Assembly (NCBI GenBank): GCA_965249555.1
Contig: OZ252243.1
Span: forward strand, 960,001 to 1,024,000
Direction of reading: 5' to 3'
Length of the DNA stretch: 64,000 nt
From: Nitrosopumilus sp.
GTDB lineage: Archaea > Thermoproteota > Nitrososphaeria > Nitrososphaerales > Nitrosopumilaceae
Shown here: piece by piece, positions 30,290 to 40,866 of the stretch
Numbering within the stretch: position 1 is the first letter of the stretch
Layout: each line of letters begins with the position of its first letter
Translations under genes and position numbers: made by a program
The notes under the pieces: model-generated
What the model was told of the DNA's origin: nothing
What the model saw: only the letters and a program-made list of their open reading frames with translations
Database searches by the model: none

Positions 30290-31675
30290 ATGAACCCCAT
30301 AATTTTGTCTATTTTGAATTTGATTAGAGGACAAGGTGGTGAGGTGCTTCCATTTTCTGATTTTGATCCAAGTTTGATTTTAGACAAAATTGTAGAGTTA
30401 CAAAATTCCATAGGAACGTTATCTAGTCAAGATGGAGGAATTGCTTCAGCTCATGTAATATTACTTGCGGCAGGAGTAGTAATTTTTCTTGGAGTTGCAG
30501 GAGAAGCATTCTTCAAAAAAACAGGAATTCCAGATGTAGCATTCTTGATGATTTTTGGAGTAATTATAGGGCCTGTTTTAGGGATTATTCAACCAGAAGC
30601 TGTTATCCAAGTGGTGCCATATTTTGCAGCACTTGCATTGATAATCATCATGTTTGATGGTGGATTACACCTAGACATCAAACATGTAATTAAAACTGCA
30701 CACTTTTCTGTAACACTAGCTATTCTTGGTTTTATTTTATCAGTTGTAATCATTACACTCGCTGCACATTTTGCATTAGGATGGTTATGGTTAGAGAGTA
30801 TTTTGTTAGCTTCAATTGTAGGGGGAAGTAGTTCAGCAATTGTTTTTGGTCTTGTTAGAAATATCAAAATTTCAGAAGAAGTCAAATCAATGCTAAGTTT
30901 TGAATCTGCACTAACTGATATTTTAGCCATGATTGCTGCATTCATATTATTTGAAGCAGTGTTAATAGGACATTTTGATATACAAACATTGCAAGAAACA
31001 CTTGGCAGAGCAATAGTTGTTGGTTTGGTTCTAGGATTTGGAGTAGGAATTCCTTGGATGTATGTTTCAACAAAGCTGGGAAATGCTCAACATGCATACA
31101 TGCTTACATTAGGAATCTTGTTTGTTTTGTTTTTCTTAGCAAATTCATTTGGAGAATCAGGAGCTTTGACAGCACTAGTATTTGGGATAATGCTTGGAAA
31201 TAAAAAACATCTTTCACGAATACTCAAATTTAAGCTTCCAAAGATCGAGTTGGATGATCCAACACATAATCAACTGACGTTTTTGGTGAGATCATTTTTC
31301 TTTGTGTTTGTTGGATTATTGGCAAGTTTTGGACAAATAGAATATATTGTATTTGGAATTTTGATTACGGTTGCTGTTTACGTAGGAAGAGTGTTTGTTG
31401 GTAAGATAACTCTAACAAAGAGATTCTCCAAATTGGATAGAGCAGTTACAAACTCTATGATTCCTAGAGGATTAGCTGCAGCCGTACTTGCTACATTTCC
31501 TATTACAATGGGTTTACCAAATGCAGAAGCGTATCCGCAAATCATATTCTTTATCATTTTATCATCAGTAATAATTACAACAATTGGATTAGGAAAATCA
31601 AAGAAGATTCCTCCACCTGAATCAGTTGAAGGAGGATTTGTCAAAAAACCACCTGAGGATTCTCAAAAAGAGTAG
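30290..31675 (+). CDS. Cation:proton antiporter (CPA1, NhaP-like)
   Basis: MFDGG, FESALTD, PRGLAAAVLA; many TM helices. Confidence 0.9.
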   Translation: MNPIILSILNLIRGQGGEVLPFSDFDPSLILDKIVELQNSIGTLSSQDGGIASAHVILLAAGVVIFLGVAGEAFFKKTGIPDVAFLMIFGVIIGPVLGIIQPEAVIQVVPYFAALALIIIMFDGGLHLDIKHVIKTAHFSVTLAILGFILSVVIITLAAHFALGWLWLESILLASIVGGSSSAIVFGLVRNIKISEEVKSMLSFESALTDILAMIAAFILFEAVLIGHFDIQTLQETLGRAIVVGLVLGFGVGIPWMYVSTKLGNAQHAYMLTLGILFVLFFLANSFGESGALTALVFGIMLGNKKHLSRILKFKLPKIELDDPTHNQLTFLVRSFFFVFVGLLASFGQIEYIVFGILITVAVYVGRVFVGKITLTKRFSKLDRAVTNSMIPRGLAAAVLATFPITMGLPNAEAYPQIIFFIILSSVIITTIGLGKSKKIPPPESVEGGFVKKPPEDSQKE

Positions 31676-31709
31676 ACTGATACTTTATTTCATGAAAAAT
31701 GAATTAGAA

Positions 31710-32615
31710 TTATAAATCAAGTGACTCTTTGAGACCTTTGTATCTATTTCTAATAGTTACTTCAGTAACATTTGCAGCTTCGGCAATATCACGTTGCGTT
31801 TTGTCTTCACCATTTCTGACACAAGATAGGTATAATGCTGCAGCTGCTAGTCCCATAGGATCTTTTCCTGCAGAAACTTCATTTTCTTGTGCCTGTTTTA
31901 GTACTTTGGTTGCATATCTTTTTGTTTTTTCAGCAATTCCGATTCTGCTTGCAATTCTTGCAACACATTGGACTGAATCAGTTACTGGCATCTTCAAGTC
32001 AAGTTCTTTGACTAGTAATCTATAACATCTTGCAATATCTTTTCTTTTGATATTACCAGCTTGTTCTACATCTTTTAGATTTCTTGGTGTTGAAGTATCA
32101 CGACATGCAGCATAAAGTGCTGCAGCCATTAAAGCTGAAATGGAACGTCCTCTGACAAGTCCTTTTTCAAGTGCTTTTCTGTAAAGGTAAGCTGCTTTTT
32201 CAATTACTGCGTCAGAAATAGCTAGTTTGTCTTTTAGTCTATTTAATTCACTAAATGCTTGTCTAAAGTTTCTATCAACTGGTTCATGAACTTGACTTCT
32301 ACTATCCCAAGTTCTGAGTCTTTCAATTGTACTTTTCATTGATGCTGTAAGTGGTCTACCAGAAGCATCTTTGTTAACTGGATTGATAATTGTTGCAAGA
32401 CCCATGTCATGCATTGTTAATGAAGTTGGTGCACCAGCTCGTGCTTTATCTCCATTTTGGTCTTGAGAGAATGACCTCCATTCCGGGCCAGATTCTTGTA
32501 ATTTTTCAGTAATTACAAATCCACATTTGGAGCAGAACATCTCTCCAGATTCATTATCAGTAACTAATTTTCCCTGTGCACATCTTGGGCACGATTCATT
32601 TGTTTTACTTACCAT
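31710..32615 (-). CDS. tfb: Transcription initiation factor IIB
   Basis: Zn ribbon CPRC/CSKC, GPEWRSF B-finger, two cyclin folds, VTEVTIRNRY. Confidence 0.96.
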   Translation of the reverse strand: MVSKTNESCPRCAQGKLVTDNESGEMFCSKCGFVITEKLQESGPEWRSFSQDQNGDKARAGAPTSLTMHDMGLATIINPVNKDASGRPLTASMKSTIERLRTWDSRSQVHEPVDRNFRQAFSELNRLKDKLAISDAVIEKAAYLYRKALEKGLVRGRSISALMAAALYAACRDTSTPRNLKDVEQAGNIKRKDIARCYRLLVKELDLKMPVTDSVQCVARIASRIGIAEKTKRYATKVLKQAQENEVSAGKDPMGLAAAALYLSCVRNGEDKTQRDIAEAANVTEVTIRNRYKGLKESLDL

Positions 32616-32715
32616 TTATGATTCTAGAATTCTGCGTTGTTTGGTATTTATTAATCAACAACTTTTTTCTTTAGATTTTGAGCCCAATAATACAGAATAG
32701 ATATTTTGGAGTGAT

Positions 32716-33015
32716 CTAAGATTCTAGTTTTTCTTTTATATTTTGGACATATTTTTTGTTGTACTCATTGAATAATTGAATTTTGTTTTGAGCCAAGGCC
32801 ATAGCACCTGGTCTGGTATTCACATGTATTTGAGAAATTTTTTGTTGTTCCAAGATTTTCTCAAGATCCTCTTTTGATAGAGATTTTAATTCTTCAAGTA
32901 AAATTGCAAGTTCTTTTTCAAGAATATTTTTGGTGTCAGGAGTTGCAGGTGGTTTAGCACCAATGATTTCCTTAGTTGTAATATTACCAAATACTTTTTT
33001 GTCTAATTCAAGCAA
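32716..33015 (-). CDS. Hypothetical protein
   Basis: 99-aa ORF with typical composition. Confidence 0.65.
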   Translation of the reverse strand: MLELDKKVFGNITTKEIIGAKPPATPDTKNILEKELAILLEELKSLSKEDLEKILEQQKISQIHVNTRPGAMALAQNKIQLFNEYNKKYVQNIKEKLES

Positions 33016-33134
33016 TACTAGTAAGTGAAATTATGATGCTATAAATTCAATTTTGTTTAAAGAATTTAGAAATGTAACTTATCTACGCCTAAGAAATGAA
33101 TTTCTATTTATAAGAAATCAATGCAAGTAAAATT

Positions 33135-33407
33135 ATGACAATTCCAGTTGAAGTTGAAGAAGTAGTTGAAGAGCACATCAAGTTAATGATTTCCCAAACT
33201 GAGACATATCTACCTTTTATCAGAGTTGTATTTCCTTACTCAAAAAATATAGCTGATGGTGTTTACAATCTAATTATTGGTAGTGCACTCTCTGTATTTG
33301 TCAATCAATTTGCAATTAAGATGATAAATCCAACTGTAGAAGATTTTACAGATTTTGGAAAAATTGCTTTAAAATATAGAGATCAAATTGACAAGTTTTT
33401 CAAATAG
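33135..33407 (+). CDS. Hypothetical protein
   Basis: 90-aa ORF; TATA-like TTTATAA ~25 bp upstream. Confidence 0.7.
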   Translation: MTIPVEVEEVVEEHIKLMISQTETYLPFIRVVFPYSKNIADGVYNLIIGSALSVFVNQFAIKMINPTVEDFTDFGKIALKYRDQIDKFFK

Positions 33408-33638
33408 TTATGCCAATTCACCCAGAAAATGAACAGTGTCATTAGTTACAATAACTGTTCTATTTTTAGGAACGCGATATAATTTTTTTGAGCCATTAAA
33501 AGATTGAACAATAAGTTTTGAAAATGGATCTTTGAGTGATTTGTAAAGTATTCCTTTATCACCTACTGATTGAGACCAGTGTGTTCCTTGTACAAAGGAA
33601 ATTGTTTGAAACTTTACAACTTGGTATGAATAGACCAT
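33408..33638 (-). CDS. Hypothetical protein
   Basis: 76-aa ORF directly downstream of crcB. Confidence 0.65.
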   Translation of the reverse strand: MVYSYQVVKFQTISFVQGTHWSQSVGDKGILYKSLKDPFSKLIVQSFNGSKKLYRVPKNRTVIVTNDTVHFLGELA

Positions 33639-33644
33639 TTCTAA

Positions 33645-34024
33645 TTAATTATTGATTATTGCACTCATTAAGGATTTTCCTCCAATTAGTGCTGCAATAG
33701 ATAGTCCAATATTTGCAGCAATATTGATTGCAAGTATTCCATAGTGATTGCTCTCAAGAAGATTACTTGAATCAAGTGCAAATGCAGACATTGTTGTAAG
33801 TGAACCGCAAAATCCTACTGCAGCAAAAAGAGAATATCGTCCATCGAGGTGCCATTGTTGTGACATTATGACAAATACCCCAAGGATAAATGCCCCAAGT
33901 ACATTGACTATCAAAACATTGACAGGTAATGTATTGAAAAGTAAAGGAGATTCAGTAACTTTGAATCTTAGATATGCCCAAGTACAGAACCTGCTGCAAG
34001 AAAAACAAATTCAAAACCTTTCAT
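33645..34024 (-). pseudogene. crcB: Fluoride channel Fluc/CrcB with a 1-bp deletion frameshift
   Basis: ATG 34024 MKGFEFVFLAAGSVLG then stop; adding one G in the GGG run (33977-33979) restores GAYLRF...VNVLGAF...GFCGSLTTMSAF. Confidence 0.85.
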
Positions 34025-34119
34025 CCATATCCTAACACAAACTGACATTATTAGTGCTATTTGAGAGAATATAGGCGCAATTCATGTCAATCTCATTATA
34101 AATCTAAAAATCATAGACT

Positions 34120-35561
34120 GTATGTATCAACCTTCACGCACAAATCAATATCATTACACAAAAAGATCTAAGATCAACTAAATCATCATACAAAACATGT
34201 CAGGTTGTGGTCATGAGAAAATCATCATACAGCTACAAAAAAAGACAAAACAACAAGACGAAGTGATAAAACAACTAAAATTAATCATAGAGAATCTCAT
34301 AGAATCAAACAAGGAACTGCAAAAAAAGCTGTCATATTATGAGAATGCACACTCTCCGCCATCAAAGAATTCCCTTGAATGGAGAAAGCAAAAAAGACAA
34401 CACAGACAGCCAGGCAAATCAAGACGTGGTGGAATAGCAGGACACGTTGGCAAGACACAGAAATTCAGACCAACTAGCACCAAACACCACAGATCAGATG
34501 CATGTCCTAAATGCGGTAGTGAAAATATTCATCAAACCAAAACCTGCAAAAGGATAATGGTTGAGATTCCTCCACCAACACCCTACGGTATAACTGAGCA
34601 TGTTTTGAATCAATACATCTGCATGGACTGTTCTGATAATTTTCAAACCACGGGAAACCTTCCATCACATGGATGTTTTGATGGTTCAGTGATACGTGAG
34701 GTCGTCTCACTGTTCTCAAAGAGATTGACATACGATGCTATCAGAACCACACTCTATGAAAGATATGGATTAGAAATCAGCAATACAACCGTACAATCCA
34801 TTCTTCGCAACGGTAGTGTGATGTTAGAGTCATTTTACAATACAATCCACAGCGAAATCGTGACTGAAAAGATTCTCGGAATCGATGAGACAGGATTTTC
34901 AATTGATGGAAATACTGGATGGATGTGGGTTGCAAGAAGCAAGACTAGTGCACAGTATGCCTTGGAGTACAGCAGAGGTGCCAATGTTCTAAAAAAGTAC
35001 TGGAAGAAATTCAAAGGAACCCTAGTGTCTGACGGATATGCTCCGTACAGGACAGTATTTTGTGATAACACAAAGCAGAGATGCACCGCACACCTGCAGC
35101 GCGATGCCAAATATCTGGCAATAAAATCACAGGACAAAAAGGCAAGGATTCTATATGGAAAATTCTCAGATATGCTAGGTCATGCCAGGGTTTGGAGTGT
35201 AGGTAATCGTCATACAAAACGGCGGGAAACGTACAGGGATGATTTACTAAAACAGCTGGACCGTATCATTGCACGATATTTGAAAGGTGATATGGAGATG
35301 GTTCAGTTTGGCAAGAAGCTAAAGACTGCAAGGAACAGCATGTTTACGTTTGTCATGGATGGCGATGTCCCGTCAACTAACAATGATGCAGAGAATTCCA
35401 TTCGAAAGTGCGTGATGCAGAGGAATGTTCGCGGGCAGATGAAGAGTGATCAGGGCATGAGGATGATCTCAGTCTTTCTCACATGCTTTGAGACATGGAG
35501 AATAAGGGAATTGAACATGTTCTCTGAGATGGCAAAATACATCTAAGTGCTTGATACATAC
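34120..35561 (+). mobile_element. IS66-family insertion sequence (single-ORF, ISBst12-like), 1442 bp
   Basis: 11-bp TIR GTATGTATCAA (34120-34130) and TTGATACATAC (35551-35561); 8-bp TSD CATAGACT at 34112-34119 and 35562-35569; higher GC than flanks. Confidence 0.95.
34197..35546 (+). CDS. IS66-family DDE transposase
   Basis: Coiled coil, NAHSPPS, Zn motif CPKC/CMDC, IDETG, SDGY, QRCTAH, TNNDAENSIR. Confidence 0.95.
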   Translation: MSGCGHEKIIIQLQKKTKQQDEVIKQLKLIIENLIESNKELQKKLSYYENAHSPPSKNSLEWRKQKRQHRQPGKSRRGGIAGHVGKTQKFRPTSTKHHRSDACPKCGSENIHQTKTCKRIMVEIPPPTPYGITEHVLNQYICMDCSDNFQTTGNLPSHGCFDGSVIREVVSLFSKRLTYDAIRTTLYERYGLEISNTTVQSILRNGSVMLESFYNTIHSEIVTEKILGIDETGFSIDGNTGWMWVARSKTSAQYALEYSRGANVLKKYWKKFKGTLVSDGYAPYRTVFCDNTKQRCTAHLQRDAKYLAIKSQDKKARILYGKFSDMLGHARVWSVGNRHTKRRETYRDDLLKQLDRIIARYLKGDMEMVQFGKKLKTARNSMFTFVMDGDVPSTNNDAENSIRKCVMQRNVRGQMKSDQGMRMISVFLTCFETWRIRELNMFSEMAKYI

Positions 35562-35604
35562 CATAGACTTGATTTTTATAAGCTCAATATTGGTTTCAGA
35601 CAAG

Positions 35605-35796
35605 ATGAATCTTAAACTAAGATGTGAAGATTATGGTTTTGAATGTGAGTTTGTTCTTGACGAAGAAAAATCTTTAGTGGAACTCAAAAAATTTAGAGAC
35701 CATTTTGAAGAAGAACACGGAATTGATTATACAATAGAAGCAGTTACACAAATGATTACAAATCGTGGACATTCTTTAGATTCAATTAAGAAATAA
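35605..35796 (+). CDS. DUF1059-like small metal-binding protein
   Basis: LRCEDYGFECEF...HFEEEHG; start ATG 35605 (track start lies in the IS end). Confidence 0.75.
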   Translation: MNLKLRCEDYGFECEFVLDEEKSLVELKKFRDHFEEEHGIDYTIEAVTQMITNRGHSLDSIKK

Positions 35797-35972
35797 ACTA
35801 TAAAAAAAATTATTTTATTATTTTAACATTTATTACAATGTATATTGTATAGCATACAAAGAGTTTATTTTTTGAAAAGTTTAGGAATTTTTTGTATGCA
35901 AAGCTTTGTTTTGATTACAAAATTACCTGAAACAAATTATTTTTATTTTAGAAACACCAATTATAGTTAGTA

Positions 35973-36893
35973 GTGACAGGAAATTATTTTAGTGATTATG
36001 ATGTAAAGTGTCAACTTGACACTTGCAAAACCTACCCCGTAATAACAGATTCTGAAAGAGGAGAAATTGTTTGTGGGGGATGCGGTCTTATTCTAGTGCA
36101 AAACATATCTGATACATCATATGAAAACAATGGTTACACTCTGGAAGGCTTTATGAAGCAAGCAAGAACAGGTCCTGCTACATCATTGATAATGTTTGAT
36201 AAGGGATTATCAACTGTAATTGGTACCAACAAAGATTTTTCTGGAAATGCATTACCAAGTAAAACAAAATATGAATTCAATAGACTACGAACATGGGATC
36301 AGAGAAGTAAATCAAGAAATACAGCTACCTTAAGCAAAGCGTTTACTTTGCTTCATGGAATGAAAACAAAGTTAGGAATTCCAGATAATGTTGTAGAAAA
36401 TGCTGCCTACATTTACAGAAAAATAGTTAGTGCAAAACTAACCAGAGGAAGAACTATGACATCATTGATTTCAGCCGCTTTGTATGCTGCATGTAGAGAA
36501 AATAACATTCCAAGAACGTTAAATGATATTGCAGAAGCTGGAAATATTGAAAGAAGAATACTTTCGCGTGATTTGAGGACCATAATCAAAAAACTTGGAT
36601 TAAATCTTAATCAGTATGATACTAATTCATTTATCACAAAAATTTCAAACAACATGAATCTAAAAGAAAAGATCAAACGAGATGCATTTGAGATTCTAAA
36701 GCGCTGTGAAAAAGAAGAGATTACTGCTGGAAAACATCCTGTGGCACAAGCTGCTGCTTCATTGTATATTTCATGTATAATGAATGGTGTAAAAATTAGC
36801 CAAAAGAAATTTTCAGAGGAATCTGGAGTAAGTGATGTTACAATTAGAAACAGATCTGTCTTAATTAAGAAAACATTAAAACTAGTAGAGTAA
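35973..36893 (+). CDS. tfb: Transcription initiation factor IIB, divergent paralog
   Basis: GEIVCGGCG, RLRTWD, RGRT, GVSDVTIRNR; lacks the canonical GPEWR B-finger. Confidence 0.92.
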   Translation: MTGNYFSDYDVKCQLDTCKTYPVITDSERGEIVCGGCGLILVQNISDTSYENNGYTLEGFMKQARTGPATSLIMFDKGLSTVIGTNKDFSGNALPSKTKYEFNRLRTWDQRSKSRNTATLSKAFTLLHGMKTKLGIPDNVVENAAYIYRKIVSAKLTRGRTMTSLISAALYAACRENNIPRTLNDIAEAGNIERRILSRDLRTIIKKLGLNLNQYDTNSFITKISNNMNLKEKIKRDAFEILKRCEKEEITAGKHPVAQAAASLYISCIMNGVKISQKKFSEESGVSDVTIRNRSVLIKKTLKLVE

Positions 36894-36907
36894 ACTTTTA
36901 AAAAATT

Positions 36908-37345
36908 CTACAGGTTAATTATAGGAGAAAGTATTTTTTCAAATAACACATCTTTCAGTCTATTTACCAAATCCATTATTACTCGTATTTGTTCCATTGC
37001 TATTTCTTTAAGATTTTCAACGCTATCATTTAGCTCCAATATTTCAGCTTGTAATCTTGAATTTTCATTTTTTATAGTTGATATTTGTCCTTGAAGGTTA
37101 GTATTTTGTTGTTTTAGTTTGTCATTTTCTTCAGTTAATCGTTGTATTTTTTCTAAATCAGTATCTCCTGGAAATGGTTCTGGAACAGGATCAGGTTCGG
37201 GTAATTGAATTGGTGCTGGTTCTGGAGAAGGTTCTGGAATTCCTGGTGGTTTTGGCTCTTGTTCAGTTTCAAACGCTGATGTAAATTGCAAGGAACTAAC
37301 TAAAAGAAGTACAAAAGTTAAACCAAAAATAAGACTACTTTTCAT
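36908..37345 (-). CDS. Secreted Pro-rich and coiled-coil protein
   Basis: Signal peptide, PEP-rich linker, coiled coil. Confidence 0.75.
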   Translation of the reverse strand: MKSSLIFGLTFVLLLVSSLQFTSAFETEQEPKPPGIPEPSPEPAPIQLPEPDPVPEPFPGDTDLEKIQRLTEENDKLKQQNTNLQGQISTIKNENSRLQAEILELNDSVENLKEIAMEQIRVIMDLVNRLKDVLFEKILSPIINL

Positions 37346-37410
37346 TTGATTGTTTCACTAACATACTAGAACAATTTTGTATATGAATATGATTATTAAT
37401 TTGAGAATAA

Positions 37411-37710
37411 GTGTTTGATGCAGCAGATAAATTCATCAAGGAAAAATGGGGATTGGATTCAGATGTGTACAGATGGTTTTGGGTTGGAGTAGAGTCTTGT
37501 GCCAGATTTAATGCTTTGTATAATATGAAAAACGAGTTTACCAAATTTGAAACAAAATCTGGAGGGATAGTATTTCTGATGTCAGTAATTGAAATAAAGA
37601 CAGACCATATCCGTGGAGGAAAATGGATCAAGTTCATTACAAGGAATGATACTCAGAAAAGCCTCAAATTAATCAAGAAGAGAAATTGTAATAGAATAAT
37701 TCCTTCGTAA
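37411..37710 (+). pseudogene. Possible internal fragment of a tyrosine recombinase
   Basis: WFWVGVESCARFNAL resembles the box I Arg motif; no HxxR or Tyr boxes follow. Confidence 0.35.
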
Positions 37711-37940
37711 TTAGCTACAAAATTACACTTGTAACACATTAAACTGCCATACAAGGTACATTTGTTACAATTTGCAGAAAACTGTCTTTGTATTAATTTG
37801 TCAAGGATTGTAACAGATTCTCAAAGGGCATAGGCATGATATCGCGAAATTTTCACTATTGGACAGGCAATTAGACGGTAAATGTCTAAGAGTAGATGTG
37901 AATTTGGGGTAACCGCAAACTCTAAGAATAAAAAGTAGGA

Positions 37941-38159
37941 TTATTTGTAAAAATCAGGTTCTTGATCTTTTTTTTGCTTTGGAAGATCATCCATAACAGC
38001 TTGAACAACTTCGTTGTGATTATATGTTAAATGTCTGAGAAATTTTGCAGATTCGTCTGCTCTTTTCTTCTCATCTGCAAACAACATTTCAGGGCTACTC
38101 AGTTCTGCCATCATTGTATTACATTCTTGGCAGGGATTAAAATCAAGATAGAGTTTCAT
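37941..38159 (-). CDS. Small CxxC/His protein downstream of cdc48
   Basis: PCQEC...HLTYNH; 30 bp after the cdc48 stop. Confidence 0.7.
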   Translation of the reverse strand: MKLYLDFNPCQECNTMMAELSSPEMLFADEKKRADESAKFLRHLTYNHNEVVQAVMDDLPKQKKDQEPDFYK

Positions 38160-38189
38160 TGTTTTGCTTCACTTTCCTTAGTATTTAGA

Positions 38190-40337
38190 CTATTTTATTG
38201 ATTGAGATAGAGGAGCCTCTTTTTTTCTAGGCTTTACCTTATCTACGGCATCAATTAGATCTTGTTGGGTTATCCTGATTTCTTTGACGTTTTGAGACTT
38301 GCCACTGACATATCTCTTCAGAGCAGTTACTGCAGCTCTATTAGCAACAGCTGTAATTTCTGCACCACTAAAACTATCTGTCAACTCTACGAGTTTTGTA
38401 ATGTTAACATCACTTGCAAGTGGTTTCTTTTTGGTATGAATCTTAAAGATATGATGTCTTCCTTGGGCATCAGGATTAGAAACTTTAATGATTCTATCAA
38501 ATCTACCTGGTCTTAGCAATGCCTCATCCACAATATCTAATCTATTAGTTGCACCAATTATCAAAACATTATGTAGTTCTTCAAGTCCATCAATTTCAGT
38601 TAGAATTTGAGAGACTACATTTTCTGTAACATGTGATCCTGAATCACCACTACTTCTCCGTGGAACAAGTGCATCAACTTCATCTAAGAAGATGATACAT
38701 GGTGCTACCTGTCGTGCTTTTCTGAAAATTTCTCTGATTCCTTTTTCAGACTCACCAACCCACTTTGAGAGTAGCTCAGGACCCTTAATGCTAATAAAAT
38801 TAGACTCTGTCATTGTTGCAAGTGCTTTTGCAATCAGAGTTTTCCCAGTTCCAGGTGGGCCATGAAGTAAAATTCCCTTTGGGGATTCTATATTAACATA
38901 ATCAAATGCCTCTTTGTACTTGATAGGCCATTCAACTGCCTCACAAAGTTCTTCTTTTAATTGGTCTAGACCACCAACATCATCCCAACTAACATTAGGA
39001 ATTTGAACTTGGACTTCTCTTAGTGCGCTTGGTCTAACTTCTTTTAATGCATCTCTAAAGTCTTCACTAGTAATCTGAATCTTTTGAAGAATTTCTGAAG
39101 AAATTTTGTCTTCATCAAGATCAATTTCAGGAAGAATTCTACGAAGAGATCTCATTGCAGCTTCTTTTGATAATACTTCTAAATCAGCTCCTACAAATCC
39201 ATGTGTAGTCTTTGAGATTTGTTTAAGATCTACTTTTTTGTCGATTGGCATACCACGTGTATGAATTGAGAGAATATCGAATCTTCCCTCATCATCAGGA
39301 ATTCCAATTTCAATTTCTCTATCAAATCTTCCGGGTCTTCGAAGTGCAGGATCAATAGAGTCTGGTCTGTTAGTAGCTGCAATCACTACAACTTTTCCTC
39401 TAGACTTCATGCCATCCATTAGTGTTAAGAGTTGAGAAACTATTCTCTTCTCTACTTCACCTGTTACTTCATCTCTCTTTGGAGCAATAGAATCAATCTC
39501 ATCAATGAAAATAATGCTAGGTGAGTTTTCTTCAGCTTGTGCAAAGATCTCTCTTAATTTCCCTTCGCTTTCTCCGTAGTATTTGCCCATAATTTCAGGA
39601 CCACTAAGTGAGATAAAGTGTGCATTAGTCTCTCCGGCAACTGCTTTTGCAAGTAGAGTCTTTCCAGTACCTGGAGGTCCATATAGTAATACACCCTTTG
39701 GTGCCTCTACACCTATTTTGTCAAATAATTCTGGATGTCTCATGGGTAATTCTACCATCTCACGGATTTTTAGAACCTCATTTTTCAAGCCTCCAAGTTC
39801 ATCGTAAGTAATTCTTGGAACTGAGGCATCAACTGCTTTGGTCATTGTTCCAAGTTTGAAGATGGTATTATCATTAACAATAACTGGTTTTGATGGTTTT
39901 GTATTAGTTATAATAAATTGTATTTTTCCACCCATTTGTGTTGGTAGCTGGATTGAATCATGAATAGTAAAAACATGATTTTGGAAATTGGTAATCATAA
40001 CATCATGTAATTGTTCTTCATCAATACGTAATTTTTCAGTTGGAGATAAAGTAATTTGTTCAGCGTCAACTGCATCTACAGATTTTATAGAAATTTTATC
40101 TCCAATTCCAGCTCCAATATTTAGTCTTGTCATTCCATCAATTTTGATAATTCCTGCTCCATATTCTTCAGGTAAACCTTCCCAAAGTTTTACATGTGTT
40201 TTTTTGTTGTATGTTAATTCTAAAATTTGTCCTAATTCCCATTTCTGATCCTCAATAATCTTAGGATCAATGATGGCCATTCCTCTTCCAACGTGTTGTT
40301 GTGGAATTTCATCTATTTTTAAAATAATTTCACTCAT
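38190..40337 (-). CDS. cdc48: CDC48/p97/VAT AAA+ ATPase
   Basis: N domain plus two AAA modules (GPPGTGKT x2, DEID/DEVD, RPGRFDR x2). Confidence 0.96.
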   Translation of the reverse strand: MSEIILKIDEIPQQHVGRGMAIIDPKIIEDQKWELGQILELTYNKKTHVKLWEGLPEEYGAGIIKIDGMTRLNIGAGIGDKISIKSVDAVDAEQITLSPTEKLRIDEEQLHDVMITNFQNHVFTIHDSIQLPTQMGGKIQFIITNTKPSKPVIVNDNTIFKLGTMTKAVDASVPRITYDELGGLKNEVLKIREMVELPMRHPELFDKIGVEAPKGVLLYGPPGTGKTLLAKAVAGETNAHFISLSGPEIMGKYYGESEGKLREIFAQAEENSPSIIFIDEIDSIAPKRDEVTGEVEKRIVSQLLTLMDGMKSRGKVVVIAATNRPDSIDPALRRPGRFDREIEIGIPDDEGRFDILSIHTRGMPIDKKVDLKQISKTTHGFVGADLEVLSKEAAMRSLRRILPEIDLDEDKISSEILQKIQITSEDFRDALKEVRPSALREVQVQIPNVSWDDVGGLDQLKEELCEAVEWPIKYKEAFDYVNIESPKGILLHGPPGTGKTLIAKALATMTESNFISIKGPELLSKWVGESEKGIREIFRKARQVAPCIIFLDEVDALVPRRSSGDSGSHVTENVVSQILTEIDGLEELHNVLIIGATNRLDIVDEALLRPGRFDRIIKVSNPDAQGRHHIFKIHTKKKPLASDVNITKLVELTDSFSGAEITAVANRAAVTALKRYVSGKSQNVKEIRITQQDLIDAVDKVKPRKKEAPLSQSIK

Positions 40338-40365
40338 TTTATCACCTCAAAAATTTAGGGAGGGG

Positions 40366-40866
40366 TTATTCAACCTCCACCCTTTTGCCTTTTGGTTTTT
40401 CTTCTTCAACTAACTTGAAGACTATTTGTAAAATTCCATTTTTGTAAGAAGCCTTTACAGAATTCTCATCAACTTTATGTTTCACTGGAACTTTTACATG
40501 ATACTTTTTTTCGTCATGTTCTGCTGAAAGATCTACGATCTTATTTTCAACAACAACTCTGACATCAGTCTTTTCAACTCCTGGCATCTCAGCTATGAGT
40601 TTTACTACCTTTTCTTTTTCATCGACAATTATGTCGACAAGTGGTTCTCGTGTATCAGAAGTTGGAAGTTGGTCTGGTTTGACGTTCCCAAATTCTTTTA
40701 CAACAGGTTTTCCATCTGGACCAACAGTCATTGTATAACCGTAACAACACGAACCAGAGTCAGAACCATTTCCCTTGAATTCCTCACAAATGTCATCTAT
40801 GTTAAAAAAAGAGTTTGACATTTGTTTGAAGATTCTATTGAATTCGCTATCAAAGAACATTGTCAT
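40366..40866 (-). CDS. hsp20: Small heat-shock protein
   Basis: GPDGKP..EFGNV, EMPGVEK, ASYKNGIL. Confidence 0.93.
   Translation of the reverse strand: MTMFFDSEFNRIFKQMSNSFFNIDDICEEFKGNGSDSGSCCYGYTMTVGPDGKPVVKEFGNVKPDQLPTSDTREPLVDIIVDEKEKVVKLIAEMPGVEKTDVRVVVENKIVDLSAEHDEKKYHVKVPVKHKVDENSVKASYKNGILQIVFKLVEEEKPKGKRVEVE

Noticed and set aside
35551-35604. N-terminal extension of the 81-aa ORF
   Set aside because: The start lies inside the IS right TIR; the native ATG at 35605 follows a TATA box
37686-37816. Repeated TTGTAACA/TGTTACAA motif
   Set aside because: Largely explained by Cys codons in a broken zinc-finger frame and by AT-rich composition
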